Part shown: positions 25,740-39,678 of the stretch, in pieces | Position numbering within the stretch: position 1 is the stretch's first letter | How the letters are laid out: each line of letters begins with the position of its first letter | NCBI GenBank assembly: GCA_950097015.1 | Contig: CATNEN010000001.1 | Span: 27,280,001-27,344,000 of the forward strand | Source: Macrostomum hystrix | Taxonomy: Eukaryota; Animalia; Platyhelminthes | Length of the DNA: 64,000 nucleotides | Direction of reading: 5' to 3' | Notes under the pieces: model-generated | Told to the model about the DNA's origin: nothing | Database searches by the model: none | What the model saw: only the letters and a program-made list of their open reading frames with translations | Made by a program: the position numbers and the translations under genes

Positions 25740-26625
25740 GAAGATAGGGGTGAGAGGAGATAGTAGAGAGGATAGGGATAAGAGGATAGGGGTGAGAGGA
25801 TAGGGGTGAGAGGATAGGGGTGAGAGGATAGGGGTGAGAGGATAGGGGTGAGAGGAGAGGGGTGAGAGGATAGGGGTGAGAGGATAGGGGTGAGAGGATA
25901 GGGGTGAGAGGATAGGGGTGATAGGATAGGGGTGAGAGGATAGGGGTGAGAGGATAGGGGTGAGAGGATAGGGGTGAGAGGATAGGGGTGAGAGGATAGG
26001 GGTGAGAGGATAGGGGTGAGAGGAGAGGGGTGAGAGGATAGGGGTGAGAGGATAGGGGTGAGAGGATAGGGGTGAGAGGATAGGGGTGAGAGGATAGGGG
26101 TAGGAGGATAGGGGTGAGAGGATAGGGGTGAGAGGATAGGGGTGATAGGATAGGGGTGATAGGATAGGGGTGAGAGGATAGGGGTGAGAGGATAGGGGTG
26201 AGAGGATAGGGGTGATAGGATGGGGTGAGAGGAGAGGGGTGAGAGGAGAGGGGTGAGAGGATAGGGGTGAGAGGATAGGGGTGATAGGATAGGGGTGATA
26301 GGATAGGGGTAGGAGGATTGGGGTGATAGGATAGGGGTGAGAGGATAGGGGTGAGAGGATAGGGGTGAGAGGATAGGGGTGATAGGATGGGGTGAGAGGA
26401 GAGGGGTGAGAGGAGAGGGGTGAGAGGATAGGGGTGAGAGGATAGGGGTGATAGGATAGGGGTGATAGGATAGGGGTAGGAGGATTGGGGTGATAGGATA
26501 GGGGTGAGAGGATAGGGGTGAGAGGATAGGGGTGAGAGGATAGGGGTGATAGGATAGGGGTGAGAGGAGAGGGGTGAGAGGAGAGGGGTGAGAGGATAGG
26601 GGTGAGAGGATAGGGGTGAGAGAAT
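25740..26625. repeat. G-rich 14-bp minisatellite (AGGATAGGGGTGAG)n
   Basis: One GGGG run per unit, ~60 units. Confidence 0.96.
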
Positions 26626-27619
26626 AGGAGAGAGAGAGGAAAGAGGAGAGGTAGAGAGGTGAGGGGTGGGAAGAGAGGAAGATAGTAAGCTGGAGAGAGA
26701 AAGAAATAAGAAGAAGCTGGAGAGAGCAGGATGACACTAAATGTGCCAAGGGAAGCAGAGAACAGGGGTGAGCAGCAAAGGGTGCACAGTACGAAATAAA
26801 CGGAAAAGATAGTGAATTAAAAGCAGAAGCCGAGCAGTGTGATGAAGTTTGAGTCGGGGCAGCTCAGTCCAGTCTCCCGCTGGCTCAAATGTACAGAGTC
26901 AGGCCGGCTGCTGATGAAGGGGCGTGTCGGACTCCAGTGCTGCTGAAATGCGCATAATGAAGTTTAGTTGCCGCAGCAGACTGTGGTCAGTTAAGGATTC
27001 GCATTGAAGGGATTCGCTGGGCACTGCAAAAATTGAAACTCCCAGCGGGGACCGGGCGGCTGCGGTTCCTGAGATGCGGCGGCGCATTGCATCACGGCCC
27101 AATTATGGATGAATTTGAGACCAGCCAGCCAGCCAGCCAGCCAGCCAGCTGGAGATGCCAATGTTTGCAAGAAATTCATTGCGCAATCATCTGTGACCTC
27201 GGCAGGCCCGCGCACACCTGGTTAGAACTGACCAGTAAGAATTTGATCTCCGAGTTTTTTAAAATCGCTTTTTGCTTGCCATTTTTATGCAGTTCGAGAA
27301 ACTAGAATTGTCCGCGTGTCTCAATATCAATTTGTTGCACATTTTGGCTACAACTGGTTTCTCAAATTTCTCACAGGTGGGTGCAACGATAAATTGAAAC
27401 TTTACACTATACAGTCCGCAGTGGTGACAAGATGGAATTGTCTTGACTTGTCTGACGTGACTATTTGTGCTGTCTGTGAACACACTGGTTTGGCGGGCAC
27501 AACTTTGAGGCGCTGAAGTTTAGTGAGAGTCTGTGTGAGAAACAATTAGAAATGTGTTATGAGTGCGTTTAATAGTGGCTGGGACGGGATACAACGAGGA
27601 GAGAGACGGGGAGACTGAA

Positions 27620-29530
27620 GGTAGAGAGGTAGCCAGTGAGAGTGGAGAGGTAGCCAGTGAGAGTGGAGAGGTAGGCAGTGAGAGTGGAGAGGTAGGCAGT
27701 GAGAGTGGAGAGGTAGGCAGTGAGAGTGGAGAGGTAGGCAGTGAGAGTGGAGAGGTAGGCAGTGAGAGTGGAGAGGTAGGCAGTGAGAGTGGAGAGGTAG
27801 CCAGTGAGAGTGGAGAGGTAGCCAGTGAGAGTGGAGAGGTAGGCAGTGAGAGTGGAGAGGTAGGCAGTGAGATTGGAGAGGTAGGCAGTGAGAGTGGAGA
27901 GGTAGCCAGTGAGAGTGGAGAGGTAGCCAGTGAGAGTGGAGAGGTAGCCAGTGAGAGTGGAGAGGTAGGCAGTGAGAGTGGAGATGTAGGTAGTGAGAGT
28001 GGAGAGGAAGGCAATAAGAGTGGAGAGGTAGGCAGTGAGAGTGGAGAGGTAGCCAGTGAGAGTGGAGAGGTAAGCAATGAGAGTGGAGAGGTAGGCAGTG
28101 AGAGTGGAGAGGTAGGCAATGAGAGTGGAGAGGTAGGCAATAAGAGTGGAGAGGTAAGCAATGAGAGTGGAGAGGTAGGCAGTGAGAGTGGAGAGGTAGG
28201 CAGTGAGAGTGGAGAGGTAGGTAGTGAGAGTGGAGAGGTAGGCAATAAGAGTGGAGAGGTAGGCAGTGAGATTGGAGAGGTAGGCAGTGAGAGTGGAGAT
28301 GTAGGTAGTGAGAGTGGAGAGGAAGGCAATAAGAGTGGAGAGGTAGGCAGTGAGAGTGGAAAGGTAGGCAATGAGAGTGGAGAGGTAGGCAATAAGAGTG
28401 GAGAGGTAAGCAATGAGAGTGGAGAGGTAGGCAGTGAGAGTGGAGAGGTAGGTAGTGAGAGTGGAGAGGTAGGCAATAAGAGTGGAGAGGTAGGCAGTGA
28501 GAGTGGAGAGGTAGGTAGTGAGAGTGGAGAGGTAGGCAGTGAGAGTGGAGAGGAAGGCAGTGAGAGTGGAGAGGTAAGCAATGAGAGTGGAGAGGTAGGC
28601 AGTGAGAGTGGAAAGGTAGGTAGTGAGAGTGGAGAGGTAGGCAATAAGAGTGGAGAGGTAGGCAGTGAGAGTGGAGAGGTAGGCAGTGAGAGTGGAGAGG
28701 TAGGTAGTGAGAGTGGAGAGGTAGGTAGTGAGAGTGGAGAGGAAGGCAGTGAGAGTGGAGAGGTAGGCAGTGAGAGTGGAGAGGTAGGCAGTGAGAGTGG
28801 AGAGGAAGGCAGTGAGAGTGGAGAGGTAAGCAATGAGAGTGGAGAGGTAGGCAGTGAGAGTGGAAAGGTAGGTAGTGAGAGTGGAGAGGTAGGCAATAAG
28901 AGTGGAGAGGTAGGCAGTGAGAGTGGAGAGGTAGGTAGTGAGAGTGGAGAGGTAGGCAGTGAGAGTGGAGAGGTAGGTAGTGAGAGTGGAGAGGTAGGCA
29001 GTGAGAGTGGAGAGGTAGGCAGTGAGAGTGGAGAGGTAGGCAGTGAGAGTGGAGAGGTAAGCAATGAGAGTGGAGAGGTAGGCAGTGAGAGTGGAAAGGT
29101 AGGTAGTGAGAGTGGAGAGGTAGGCAATAAGAGTGGAGAGGTAGGCAGTGAGAGTGGAGAGGTAGGTAGTGAGAGTGGAGAGGTAGGCAGTGAGAGTGGA
29201 GAGGTAGGTAGTGAGAGTGGAGAGGTAGGCAGTGAGAGTGGAGAGGTAGGCAGTGAGAGTGGAGAGGTAGGCAGTGAGAGTGGAGAGGTAAGCAATGAGA
29301 GTGGAGAGGTAGGCAGTGAGAGTGGAAAGGTAGGTAGTGAGAGTGGAGAGGTAGGTAGTGAGAGTGAAGAGGTAGGCAGTGAGAGTGGAGAGGTAGGTAG
29401 TGAGAGTGGAGAGGAAGGCAGTGAGATTGGAGAGGTAGCCAGTGAGAGTGGAGATGTAGGCAGTGAGAGTGGAGAGGTAGGCAGTGAGAGTGGAGAGGTA
29501 GGCAGTGAGAGTGGAGAGGTGGACAATGAG
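27620..29530. repeat. 21-bp purine-rich minisatellite (GAGAGTGGAGAGGTAGGCAGT)n
   Basis: Tandem array; source of the 660-670 aa pseudo-ORFs. Confidence 0.97.
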
Positions 29531-30186
29531 TCCACCGTAAGCTGAGTTCTTCCTTAACTCTAGAGGGTAGTTTTGCATGCTGGCAGGTAAAAGTTCATTG
29601 ATCTAAAATTTCTCGCAAGCAGTCATCACAAGGCGGCAACAATGGCCAAGGGTCGGGTCTATGCAAGTCAACTCCGAAAGGCAGTTACAAGAAGAAATCA
29701 AATAAAAAAATCCTCCTATTTGAGACTCTCAGGTCATTGCTTAGCAAATTAATCACATCGGAGACAGGGCAATCGCACACCCGACTGAGCAGCAACCGCT
29801 ACGGCAGCAGCAGCAATGAACTGTCAAGCAAGACAGAATTGAATGCCATCTAGCTTGGTCTGTTTGATGGATTCAAATTACCTGGCTATGTGACAGCTTG
29901 TTGGTCGGCAATCCGGAGAACTATACTGAGTGTGCTCAAGAGAACTGCTCAAAATGAAAGCTCACTCAACTGTGCGATAATTTGTCTTTGAGTCTGGGAT
30001 AAGATCCCACACTACAATTTCTGGGATGAGATTCCCTAGAGAAGTCTTCCCGCATGTCTCCGGGATCGGGATAATCCACTGTCAAATGACTGGTACCGCT
30101 TGGAATCTGGCTAGTCAGGGAGAATTATCCCCAGATTGAGCAGGGATATGGCAGAAGAGAGGGATCGTGTCTTATGTAGACCTTGC

Positions 30187-32487
30187 GTGAGAAGGGAGAG
30201 TGTGAGAGGGGAGATTGTGAGAAGGGAGATTATAAGAAGGAAAAGTGGGAGAAGAGAGATTGTGAGAAGGGAGATTGTGAGAAGGGAGATTGTGAGAAGG
30301 GAGATTATAAGAAGGGAAAGTGTGAGAAGGGAAAGTGTGAGAAGGGAGATTGTGAGAAGGGAGATTGTGAGAAGGGAGATTGTGAGAAGGGAGATTGTGA
30401 GAAGGGAGATTGTGAGAAGGGAGATTGTGAGAAGGGAGATTGTGAGAAGGGATAGTGTGAGAAGGGAGATTGTGAGAAGGGAGATTGTGAGAAGGGAGAT
30501 TATAAGAAGGGAGATTGTGAGAAGGGAGATTGTGAGAAGGGAGATTGTGAGAAGGGAGATTGTGAGAAGGGAGATTGTGAGAAGGGATAGTGTGAGAAGG
30601 GAGATTGTGAGAAGGGAGATTGTGAGAAGGGAGATTGTGAGAAGGGAGATTATAAGAAGGGAAAGTGTGAGAAGGGAAAGTGTGAGAAGGGAGATTGTGA
30701 GAAGGGAGATTGTGAGAAGGGAGATTGTGAGAAGGGAGATTGTGAGAAGGGAGATTGTAAGAAGGGAGATTGTGAGAAGGGAGATTGTGAGAAGGGATAG
30801 TGTGAGAAGGGAGATTGTGAGAAGGGATAGTGTGAGAAGGGAGATTATAAGAAGGGAGATTGTGAGAAGGGAGATTGTGAGAAGGGAGATTGTGAGAAGG
30901 GAGATTGTGAGAAGGGATAGTGTGAGAAGGGAGATTGTGAGAAGGGAGATTGTGAGAAGGGAGATTGTGAGAAGGGAGATTATAAGAAGGGAAAGTGTGA
31001 GAAGGGAGATTGTGAGAAGGGAGATTGTGAGAAGGGAGATTATAAGAAGGGAAAGTGTGAGAAGGGAGATTGTGAGAAGGGAGATTGTGAGAAGGGAGAT
31101 TGTGAGAAGGGAGATTGTGAGAAGGGATAGTGTGAAAAGGGAGATTGTGAGAAGGTAGATTGTGAGAAGGGAGATTGTGAGAAGGGAGATTGTGAGAAGG
31201 GATAGTGTGAGAAGGGAGATTGTGAGAAGGGAGATTGTGAGAAGGGAGATTGTGAGAAGGGATAGTGTGAGAAGGGAGATTGTGAGAAGGGAGATTGTAA
31301 GAAGGGAGATTGTGAGAAGGGAGATTGTGAGAAGGGATAGTGTGAGAAGGGAGATTATAAGAAGGGAAAGTGTGAGAAGGGAAAGTGTGAGAAGGGAGAT
31401 TGTGAGAAGGGAGATTGTGAGAAGGGAGATTGTGAGAAGGGATAGTGTGAGAAGGGAGATTGTGAGAAGGGAGATTGTGAGAAGGGAGATTGTGAGAAGG
31501 GAGATTGTGAGAAGGGATAGTGTGAGAAGGGAGATTGTGAGAAGGGAGATTGTGAGAAGGGATAGTGTGAGAAGGGAGATTGTGAGAAGGGAGATTGTGA
31601 GAAGGGAGATTGTGAGAAGGGATAGTGTGAGAAGGGAGATTGTGAGAAGGGAGATTGTGAGAAGGGAGATTGTGAGAAGGGAGATTGTGAGAAGGGATAG
31701 TGTGAGAAGGGAGATTATAAGAAGGGAAAGTGTGAGAAGGGAAAGTGTGAGAAGGGAGATTGTGAGAAGGGAGATTGTGAGAAGGGAGATTGTGAGAAGG
31801 GAGATTATAAGAAGGGAGATTGTGAGAAGGGAGATTGTGAGAAGGGAGATTGTGAGAAGGGAGATTGTGAGAAGGGATAGTGTGAGAAGGGAGATTGTGA
31901 GAAGGGAGATTGTGAGAAGGGAGATTGTGAGAAGGGAGATTATAAGAAGGGAAAGTGTGAGAAGGGAGATTGTGAGAAGGGAGATTGTGAGAAGGGAGAT
32001 TGTGAGAAGGGATAGTGTGAAAAGGGAGATTGTGAGAAGGTAGATTGTGAGAAGGGAGATTGTGAGAAGGGAGATTGTGAGAAGGGATAGTGTGAGAAGG
32101 GAGATTGTGAGAAGGGAGATTGTGAGAAGGGAGATTGTGAGAAGGGATAGTGTGAGAAGGGAGATTGTGAGAAGGGAGATTGTGAGAAGGGAGATTATAA
32201 GAAGGGAAAGTGTGAGAAGGGAGATTGTGAGAAGGGAGATTGTGAGAAGGGAGATTGTGAGAAGGGATAGTGTGAGAAGGGAGATTATAAGAAGGGAGAT
32301 TGTGAGAAGGGAGATTGTGAGAAGGGATAGTGTGAGAAGGGAGATTGTGAGAAGGGAGATTATAAGAAGGGAAAGTGTGAGAAGGGAGATTGTGAGAAGG
32401 GAGATTGTGAGAAGGGAGATTGTGAGAAGGGATAGTGTGAGAAGGGAGATTATAAGAAGGGAGATTGTGAGAAGGGAGATTGTGAGA
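30187..32487. repeat. 15-bp purine-rich minisatellite (GAGAAGGGAGATTGT)n
   Basis: Tandem array with recurrent variant blocks. Confidence 0.97.
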
Positions 32488-34059
32488 TTGGAGAGAGTGC
32501 TTGAGAAGTAATGTGGCTGCTCAAGTGAAAAGAAGACAATGAAGAACAGACGAAAATCTTGACTTTTTTGCCTTTAACTTTTTTCACCAAATCGATCAGT
32601 CATTTGAGGCTTAGCAGTTTGCAAAGAATTGTCTATTTATTTATTGTATAGGGAAAAAAAACAATTTTTATACCGATAATAGGCATAAAGTGGGCATAAA
32701 TTAAGCTTCTAGAACAAAAGTGACCTAAAGACAGCATTTCAAGGCGGCCAACGGTCGTGACTGTTCCATTTCCAGGAGTTTTCGCACCCAAAAGCCGCAC
32801 ACAGCCAGATAACTTCAACTGCGGCCTGCCGATTCCCTAAGCCGGCTTGGCAATCAATCAAACGGCCCGCTGGGAAAGGGGATCACACCCAGCGGTGTTG
32901 GCAGATGCCGATCAATGAAACTCAATCAAAGGCAATGGGAAGAGGCTCGCCCATAGACCCCGGAGGCAGGAGGTCTGGGCCCGGGGATGGGATGATAAGG
33001 CACTGGCTGGCCAGCTCTGCTCAGCTAATTATCTTGGCGGCACATTCTCTCTTCATCCTATCTCAGCTGCAGGGGAGGGGAATATTTAGTTGGACAATCG
33101 AATCGCATAGATACAGCATAGCGCTGAAAATACTACCCCAGTCATTGAAGTGCCGTTTAAGGACCCGGCAAAGTCTTAAAGAGTAATAGTGGAGTTTGAG
33201 ACTGGAGCTCTTGAATGATTCTTTGAGAAGCAATTTGGTTACAAGCCATCATGCTGACTCGCCCGAGGGCTTTGAATCTAAAGCCGCCACCGCTGCTGCT
33301 TCTGCTACTGCTGCTTGTTCTAGACGAGATAGAACAGACACTTAACTTCTCATTATCTCCACGTGACTGGGCATGAGTCCAGTCTATAGATATCAGACTC
33401 ACAGTGTCTTACCAGTTTGAGTCCCACTGACTCACAGCCAAGATCAGCTCTGCACCTGTTTCACATGAAAAGTATAATTATATCCCTGGAACTAATTGAG
33501 GCGATCAGTTCTGATTGACACCTTTCATTTTCCATGCGACCCGGTCCTCAATGACAGCAGATTCGCAGAGGGATTTCAACCAGCTGGCGCAAGTATAATA
33601 ATGTCCAGCGAGGAAAATAAAAACAGAGTTGAAAAAAAAACTAAAAAAACAGAATCATGCAGAATAAAAAGCGGGCAGACAGCATCCAATTATTAATCGA
33701 ATTATGACTCGACCTAAAACTCAATTTATTCCCGCAGTCCGGCAAAAAACAGACTCCGAGCTGGCGAGACTCCAACAAGGACAGGCCTCGGGAACATAAC
33801 AAATTTGTCAAATGCGAACAAACTCTGCCGGACTCAACAGAGGAAACATTCTGCAACAAACGCGTCTGAATCTTCTGGGACCGCTTTGGCAGGGGTCGGA
33901 AGAAATTAAGCATTTCATTATTGAATAAACTCACTGACTCAAAGCCTCACTGCACTGCTCAGCTAACACAACTCTGTTCCTGCTCCATGAGCCTCTTGAA
34001 GCTCACTTATGGACTCATGTCCATAGCTGTCTCATTTAGCAGTCTCACAATATCCCTCT

Positions 34060-34745
34060 AATCTACCTGTCTCTCTACTATATCTACTTGTCTCTTTACT
34101 ATATCTACCTGTCTCTCTGCTATATCTACCTGTCTCTCTACTATATCCACCTGTCTCTCTACTATATCTACCTGTCTCTCTACTATATCTACCTGTCTCT
34201 TTACTATATCTACCTGTCTCTCTACTATATCTACCTGTCTCTCTACTATATCTACCTGTCTCTCTACTATATCTACCTGTCACTCTACTATATCTACCTG
34301 TCTCTCTACTATATCTACCTGTCTCCATACTATATCTACTTGTCCCTCTACTATATCTACCTGTCTCTCTACTATATCTACCTGTCACTCTACTATATCT
34401 ACCTGTCTCTCTACTATATCTACTTGTCTCTCTACTATATCTTGCTGTCTCTCTACTATATCTACCTGTCTCTCTACTATATCTACCTGTCTCTCTAATA
34501 TATCTACCTGTCTCTCTACTATATCTACTTGTCTCTCTACTATATCTTGCTGTCTCTCTACTATATCTACCTGTCTCTCTACTATATCTACCTGTCTCTC
34601 TACTATATCTACCTGTCTCTCTACTATATCTACTTGTCTCTCTACTATATCTACCTGTCTCTCTACTATATCTACCTGTCTCTCTACTATATCTACCTGT
34701 CTCTCTACTATATCTACCTGTCTCTCTACTATATCTACCTGTCTC
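34060..34745. repeat. 21-bp minisatellite (TCTCTACTATATCTACCTGTC)n
   Basis: Tandem array. Confidence 0.96.
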
Positions 34746-35334
34746 TTTTCCCAGTTTCCACTATCTCTCCATTAAAATTCGCCATCCCACTCACTCACTA
34801 GCTCCAGTTTCCACTCTGCCATGTTATCTGTAGCTCTCAGAATCCAGCAACCAATTCTGTTGCTAATCGACAGCAATTATAATTCGAAGAAACTGTTCGA
34901 CATGACTTTGCTCTCAACGTCCGACTTGGACTGTTTAAATTATTCAGAAAGCAACTAAAAGTCAAGTGCTATTCGGGAACCTTCGAATTCTATGATAAAA
35001 GCAATGCTAAGAGCTAGAAAATTATGAGCACAGACAGTTACCACTCAATAAGTGCTTTACTCAATCACATCTGGCAATAATCTGATTTTGATGAATTTAT
35101 AATAAACAGTCGTCACGCAGTTATCAAGCAGATAGCTACAACTTGCTACTGTTAGTAGCACGCAAAGATTTGCTTAAACTTTGTATAAATTTCGAAAACT
35201 ACCTTGACTTGCTCGCAACTTTGGTAGCTTTGTCAGTTTCTGAGTAACTTACTAGGATACTCCTCATATGATGTACCTGAATTATGAGTCTGAGTCGAGT
35301 TTTTCCTAGTAACATTCCTTATTACAATGACGTA

Positions 35335-35603
35335 TTAATAACAATAATAATAAATGCAGGAGGGCTACAGGGAATTGCACATCATTTAGTGACACTAGAC
35401 CTGCAGCCAGCGAGGAGGCAATTCTGCCCATTTCGCTGACTCCTGAGCACACACGTACACAGATACCGAACGCAGGCATAGCTCACACAGGTGTGTACAT
35501 CTGCCCTGACTTTCGCATCGGCAGGCAGTGTACACTCTCACTGTGCCTTGGAGGCTGGACCTCAAGGGCGTAAATTGCACGACAAGCCCCCAAGCCTTCT
35601 CTC
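35335..35603 (-). mobile_element. 5'-truncated SINE family B copy abutting the 31-bp satellite
   Basis: High identity to 57372-57637; (TAA)n tail at left; head missing where the satellite starts at 35607. Confidence 0.9.
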
Positions 35604-35606
35604 TCT

Positions 35607-38600
35607 GGATATGGAATTGCAGTTGGACCATCCCTGAGGATATGGAATTCCAGTTCGACCATCCCTGAGGATATGGAATTGCAGTTGGACCATCCCTGAG
35701 GATATGGAATTGCAGTTGGACCATCCCTGAGGATTTGGAATTCCAGTTGGACCATATCTGAGGATATGGAATTGCAGTTGGACCAACCCTGAGGATTTGG
35801 AATTGCAGTTGGACCAACCCTGAGGATATGGAATTGCAGTTGGACCATATCTGAGGATATGGAATTGCAGTTGGACCATCCCTAAGGATTTGGAATTGCA
35901 GTTGGACCATATCTGAGGATATGGAATTGCAGTTGGACCAACCCTGAGGATTTGGAATTCCAGTTCGACCATCCCTGAGGATATGGAATTGCAGTTGGAC
36001 CATCCCTGAGGATATGGAATTGCAGTTGGACCATCCCTGAGGATTTGGAATTCCAGTTGGACCATATCTGAGGATATGGAATTGCAGTTGGACCAACCCT
36101 GAGGATTTGGAATTGCAGTTGGACCAACCCTGAGGATATGGAATTGCAGTTGGACCATATCTGAGGATATGGAATTGCAGTTGGACCATCCCTAAGGATT
36201 TGGAATTGCAGTTGGACCATATCTGAGGATATGGAATTGCAGTTGGACCATATCTGAGGATATGGAATTCCAGTTCGACCATCCCTGAGGATATGGAATT
36301 GCAGTTGGACCATCCCTGAGGATATGGAATTGCAGTTGGACCATCCCTGAGGATTTGGAATTCCAGTTGGACCATATCTGAGGATATGGAATTGCAGTTG
36401 GACCAACCCTGAGGATTTGGAATTGCAGTTGGACCAACCCTGAGGATATGGAATTGCAGTTGGACCATATCTGAGGATATGGAATTGCAGTTGGACCATC
36501 CCTGAGGATTTGGAATTGCAGTTGGACCATATCTGAGGATATGGAATTGCAGTTGGACCAACCCTGAGGATTTGGAATTGCAGTTGGACCAACCCTGAGG
36601 ATATGGAATTGCAGTTGGACCATATCTGAGGATATGGAATTGCAGTTGGACCATCCCTGAGGATTTGGAATTGCAGTTGGACCATATCTGAGGATATGGA
36701 ATTGCAGTTGGACCATATCTGAGGATATGGAATTGCAGTTGGACCATATCTGAGGATATGGAATTGCAGTTGGACCATATCTGAGGATATGGAATTGCAG
36801 TTGGACCATATCTGAGGATATGGAATTGCAGTTGGACCATATCTGAGGATATGGAATTGCAGTTGGACCATATCTGAGGATATGGAATTCCAGTTCGACC
36901 ATCCCTGAGGATATGGAATTGCAGTTGGACCATCCCTGAGGATATGGAATTGCAGTTGGACCATCCCTGAGGATTTGGAATTCCAGTTGGACCATATCTG
37001 AGGATATGGAATTGCAGTTGGACCAACCCTGAGGATTTGGAATTGCAGTTGGACCAACCCTGAGGATATGGAATTGCAGTTGGACCATATCTGAGGATAT
37101 GGAATTGCAGTTGGACCATCCCTGAGGATTTGGAATTGCAGTTGGACCATATCTGAGGATATGGAATTGCAGTTGGACCAACCCTGAGGATTTGGAATTG
37201 CAGTTGGACCAACCCTGAGGATATGGAATTGCAGTTGGACCATATCTGAGGATATGGAATTGCAGTTGGACCATCCCTGAGGATTTGGAATTGCAGTTGG
37301 ACCATATCTGAGGATATGGAATTGCAGTTGGACCATATCTGAGGATATGGAATTGCAGTTGGACCATATCTGAGGATATGGAATTGCAGTTGGACCATAT
37401 CTGAGGATATGGAATTGCAGTTGGACCATATCTGAGGATATGGAATTGCAGTTGGACCATATCTGAGGATATGGAATTGCAGTTGGACCATCCCTGAGGA
37501 TTTGGAATTGCAGTTGGACCATCCCTGAGGATTTGGAATTCCAGTTGGACCAACCCTGAGGATATGGAATTGCAGTTGGACCATCCCTGAGGATATGGAA
37601 TTCCAGTTGGACCATCCCTGAGGATATGGAATTCCAGTTGGACCATCCCTGTGGATATGGAATTGCAGTTGGACCATCCCTGAGGATTTGGAATTCCAGT
37701 TGGACCATATCTGAGGATATGGAATTGCAGTTGGACCAACCCTGAGGATTTGGAATTGCAGTTGGACCAACCCTGAGGATATGGAATTGCAGTTGGACCA
37801 TATCTGAGGATATGGAATTGCAGTTGGACCATCCCTAAGGATTTGGAATTGCAGTTGGACCATATCTGAGGATATGGAATTGCAGTTGGACCATATCTGA
37901 GGATATGGAATTCCAGTTCGACCATCCCTGAGGATATGGAATTGCAGTTGGACCATCCCTGAGGATATGGAATTGCAGTTGGACCATCCCTGAGGATTTG
38001 GAATTCCAGTTGGACCATATCTGAGGATATGGAATTGCAGTTGGACCAACCCTGAGGATTTGGAATTGCAGTTGGACCAACCCTGAGGATATGGAATTGC
38101 AGTTGGACCATATCTGAGGATATGGAATTGCAGTTGGACCATCCCTGAGGATTTGGAATTGCAGTTGGACCATATCTGAGGATATGGAATTGCAGTTGGA
38201 CCAACCCTGAGGATTTGGAATTGCAGTTGGACCAACCCTGAGGATATGGAATTGCAGTTGGACCATATCTGAGGATATGGAATTGCAGTTGGACCATCCC
38301 TGAGGATTTGGAATTGCAGTTGGACCATATCTGAGGATATGGAATTGCAGTTGGACCATATCTGAGGATATGGAATTGCAGTTGGACCATATCTGAGGAT
38401 ATGGAATTGCAGTTGGACCATATCTGAGGATATGGAATTGCAGTTGGACCATATCTGAGGATATGGAATTGCAGTTGGACCATATCTGAGGATATGGAAT
38501 TGCAGTTGGACCATCCCTGAGGATTTGGAATTGCAGTTGGACCATCCCTGAGGATTTGGAATTCCAGTTGGACCAACCCTGAGGATATGGAATTGCAGTT

Positions 38601-39678
38601 GGACCATCCCTGAGGATATGGAATTCCAGTTGGACCAACCCTGAGGATTTGGAATTCCAGTTGGACCATCCCTGAGGATATGGAATTCCAGTTGGACCAT
38701 CCCTGTGGATATGGAATTGCAGTTGGACCATCCCTGAGGATTTGGAATTCCAGTTGGACCAACCCTGAGGATATGGAATTGCAGTTGGACCATCCCTGAG
38801 GATATGGAATTCCAGTTGGACCAACCCTGAGGATTTGGAATTCCAGTTGGACCATCCCTGAGGATATGGAATTCCAGTTGGACCATCCCTGTGGATATGG
38901 AATTGCAGTTGGACCATACCAAAGGATATGGAATTGCAGTTGGACCATCCCTGAGGATATGGAATTGCAGTTGGACCATCCCTGAGGATATGGAATTCCA
39001 GTTGGACCATCCCTGAGGATTTGGAATTGCAGTTGGACCATCCCTCAGGATATGGAATTGCAGTTGGACCAACCCTGAGGATTTGGAAGTGCAGTTGGAC
39101 CATCCCTGAGGATATGGAATTGCAGTTGGACCATCCCTGAGAATCTGGAATTGCAGTTGGACCAACCCTGAGGATTTGGAATTGCAGTTGGACCATCCCT
39201 GAGGATATGGAATTCCAGTTGGACCATCCCTGAGGATATGGAATTGCAGTTGGACCATATCTGAGGATATGGAATTGCAGTTGGACCATCCCTGAGGATA
39301 TGGAATTGCAGTTGGACCATCCCTGAGAATATGGAATTCCAGTTGGACCAACCCTGAGGATTTGGAAGTGCAGTTGGACCAACCCTGAGGATTTGGATTT
39401 GCAGTTGGACCAACCCTGAGGATTTGGAATTGCAGTTGGACCAACCCTGAGGATTTGGAATTGCAGTTGGACCATCCCTGAGGATTTGGAATTCCAGTTG
39501 GACCATCCCTGAGGATTTGGAATTGCATTTGGACCAACCCTGAGGATTTGGAATTGCAGTTGGACCAACCCTGAGGATTTGGAATTGCATTTGGACCATC
39601 CCTGAGGATTTGGAATTCCAGTTGGACCATCCCTGAGGATTTGGAATTGCAGTTGGACCAACCCTGAGGATTTGGAAT
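35607..39678. repeat. 31-bp satellite (GGAT[A/T]TGGAATTGCAGTTGGACCATCCCTGA)n with higher-order structure
   Basis: ~130 monomers; diagnostic CAGTTCGACC variant at 35651, 35961, 36271, 36891, 37914. Confidence 0.97.

Noticed and set aside
27520-32511. Long ORFs (GSESGEV)n, (LPTSPLS)n, (RREIV)n
   Set aside because: Unit lengths 21 and 15 are multiples of 3, so frames are open on both strands; no unique coding flanks
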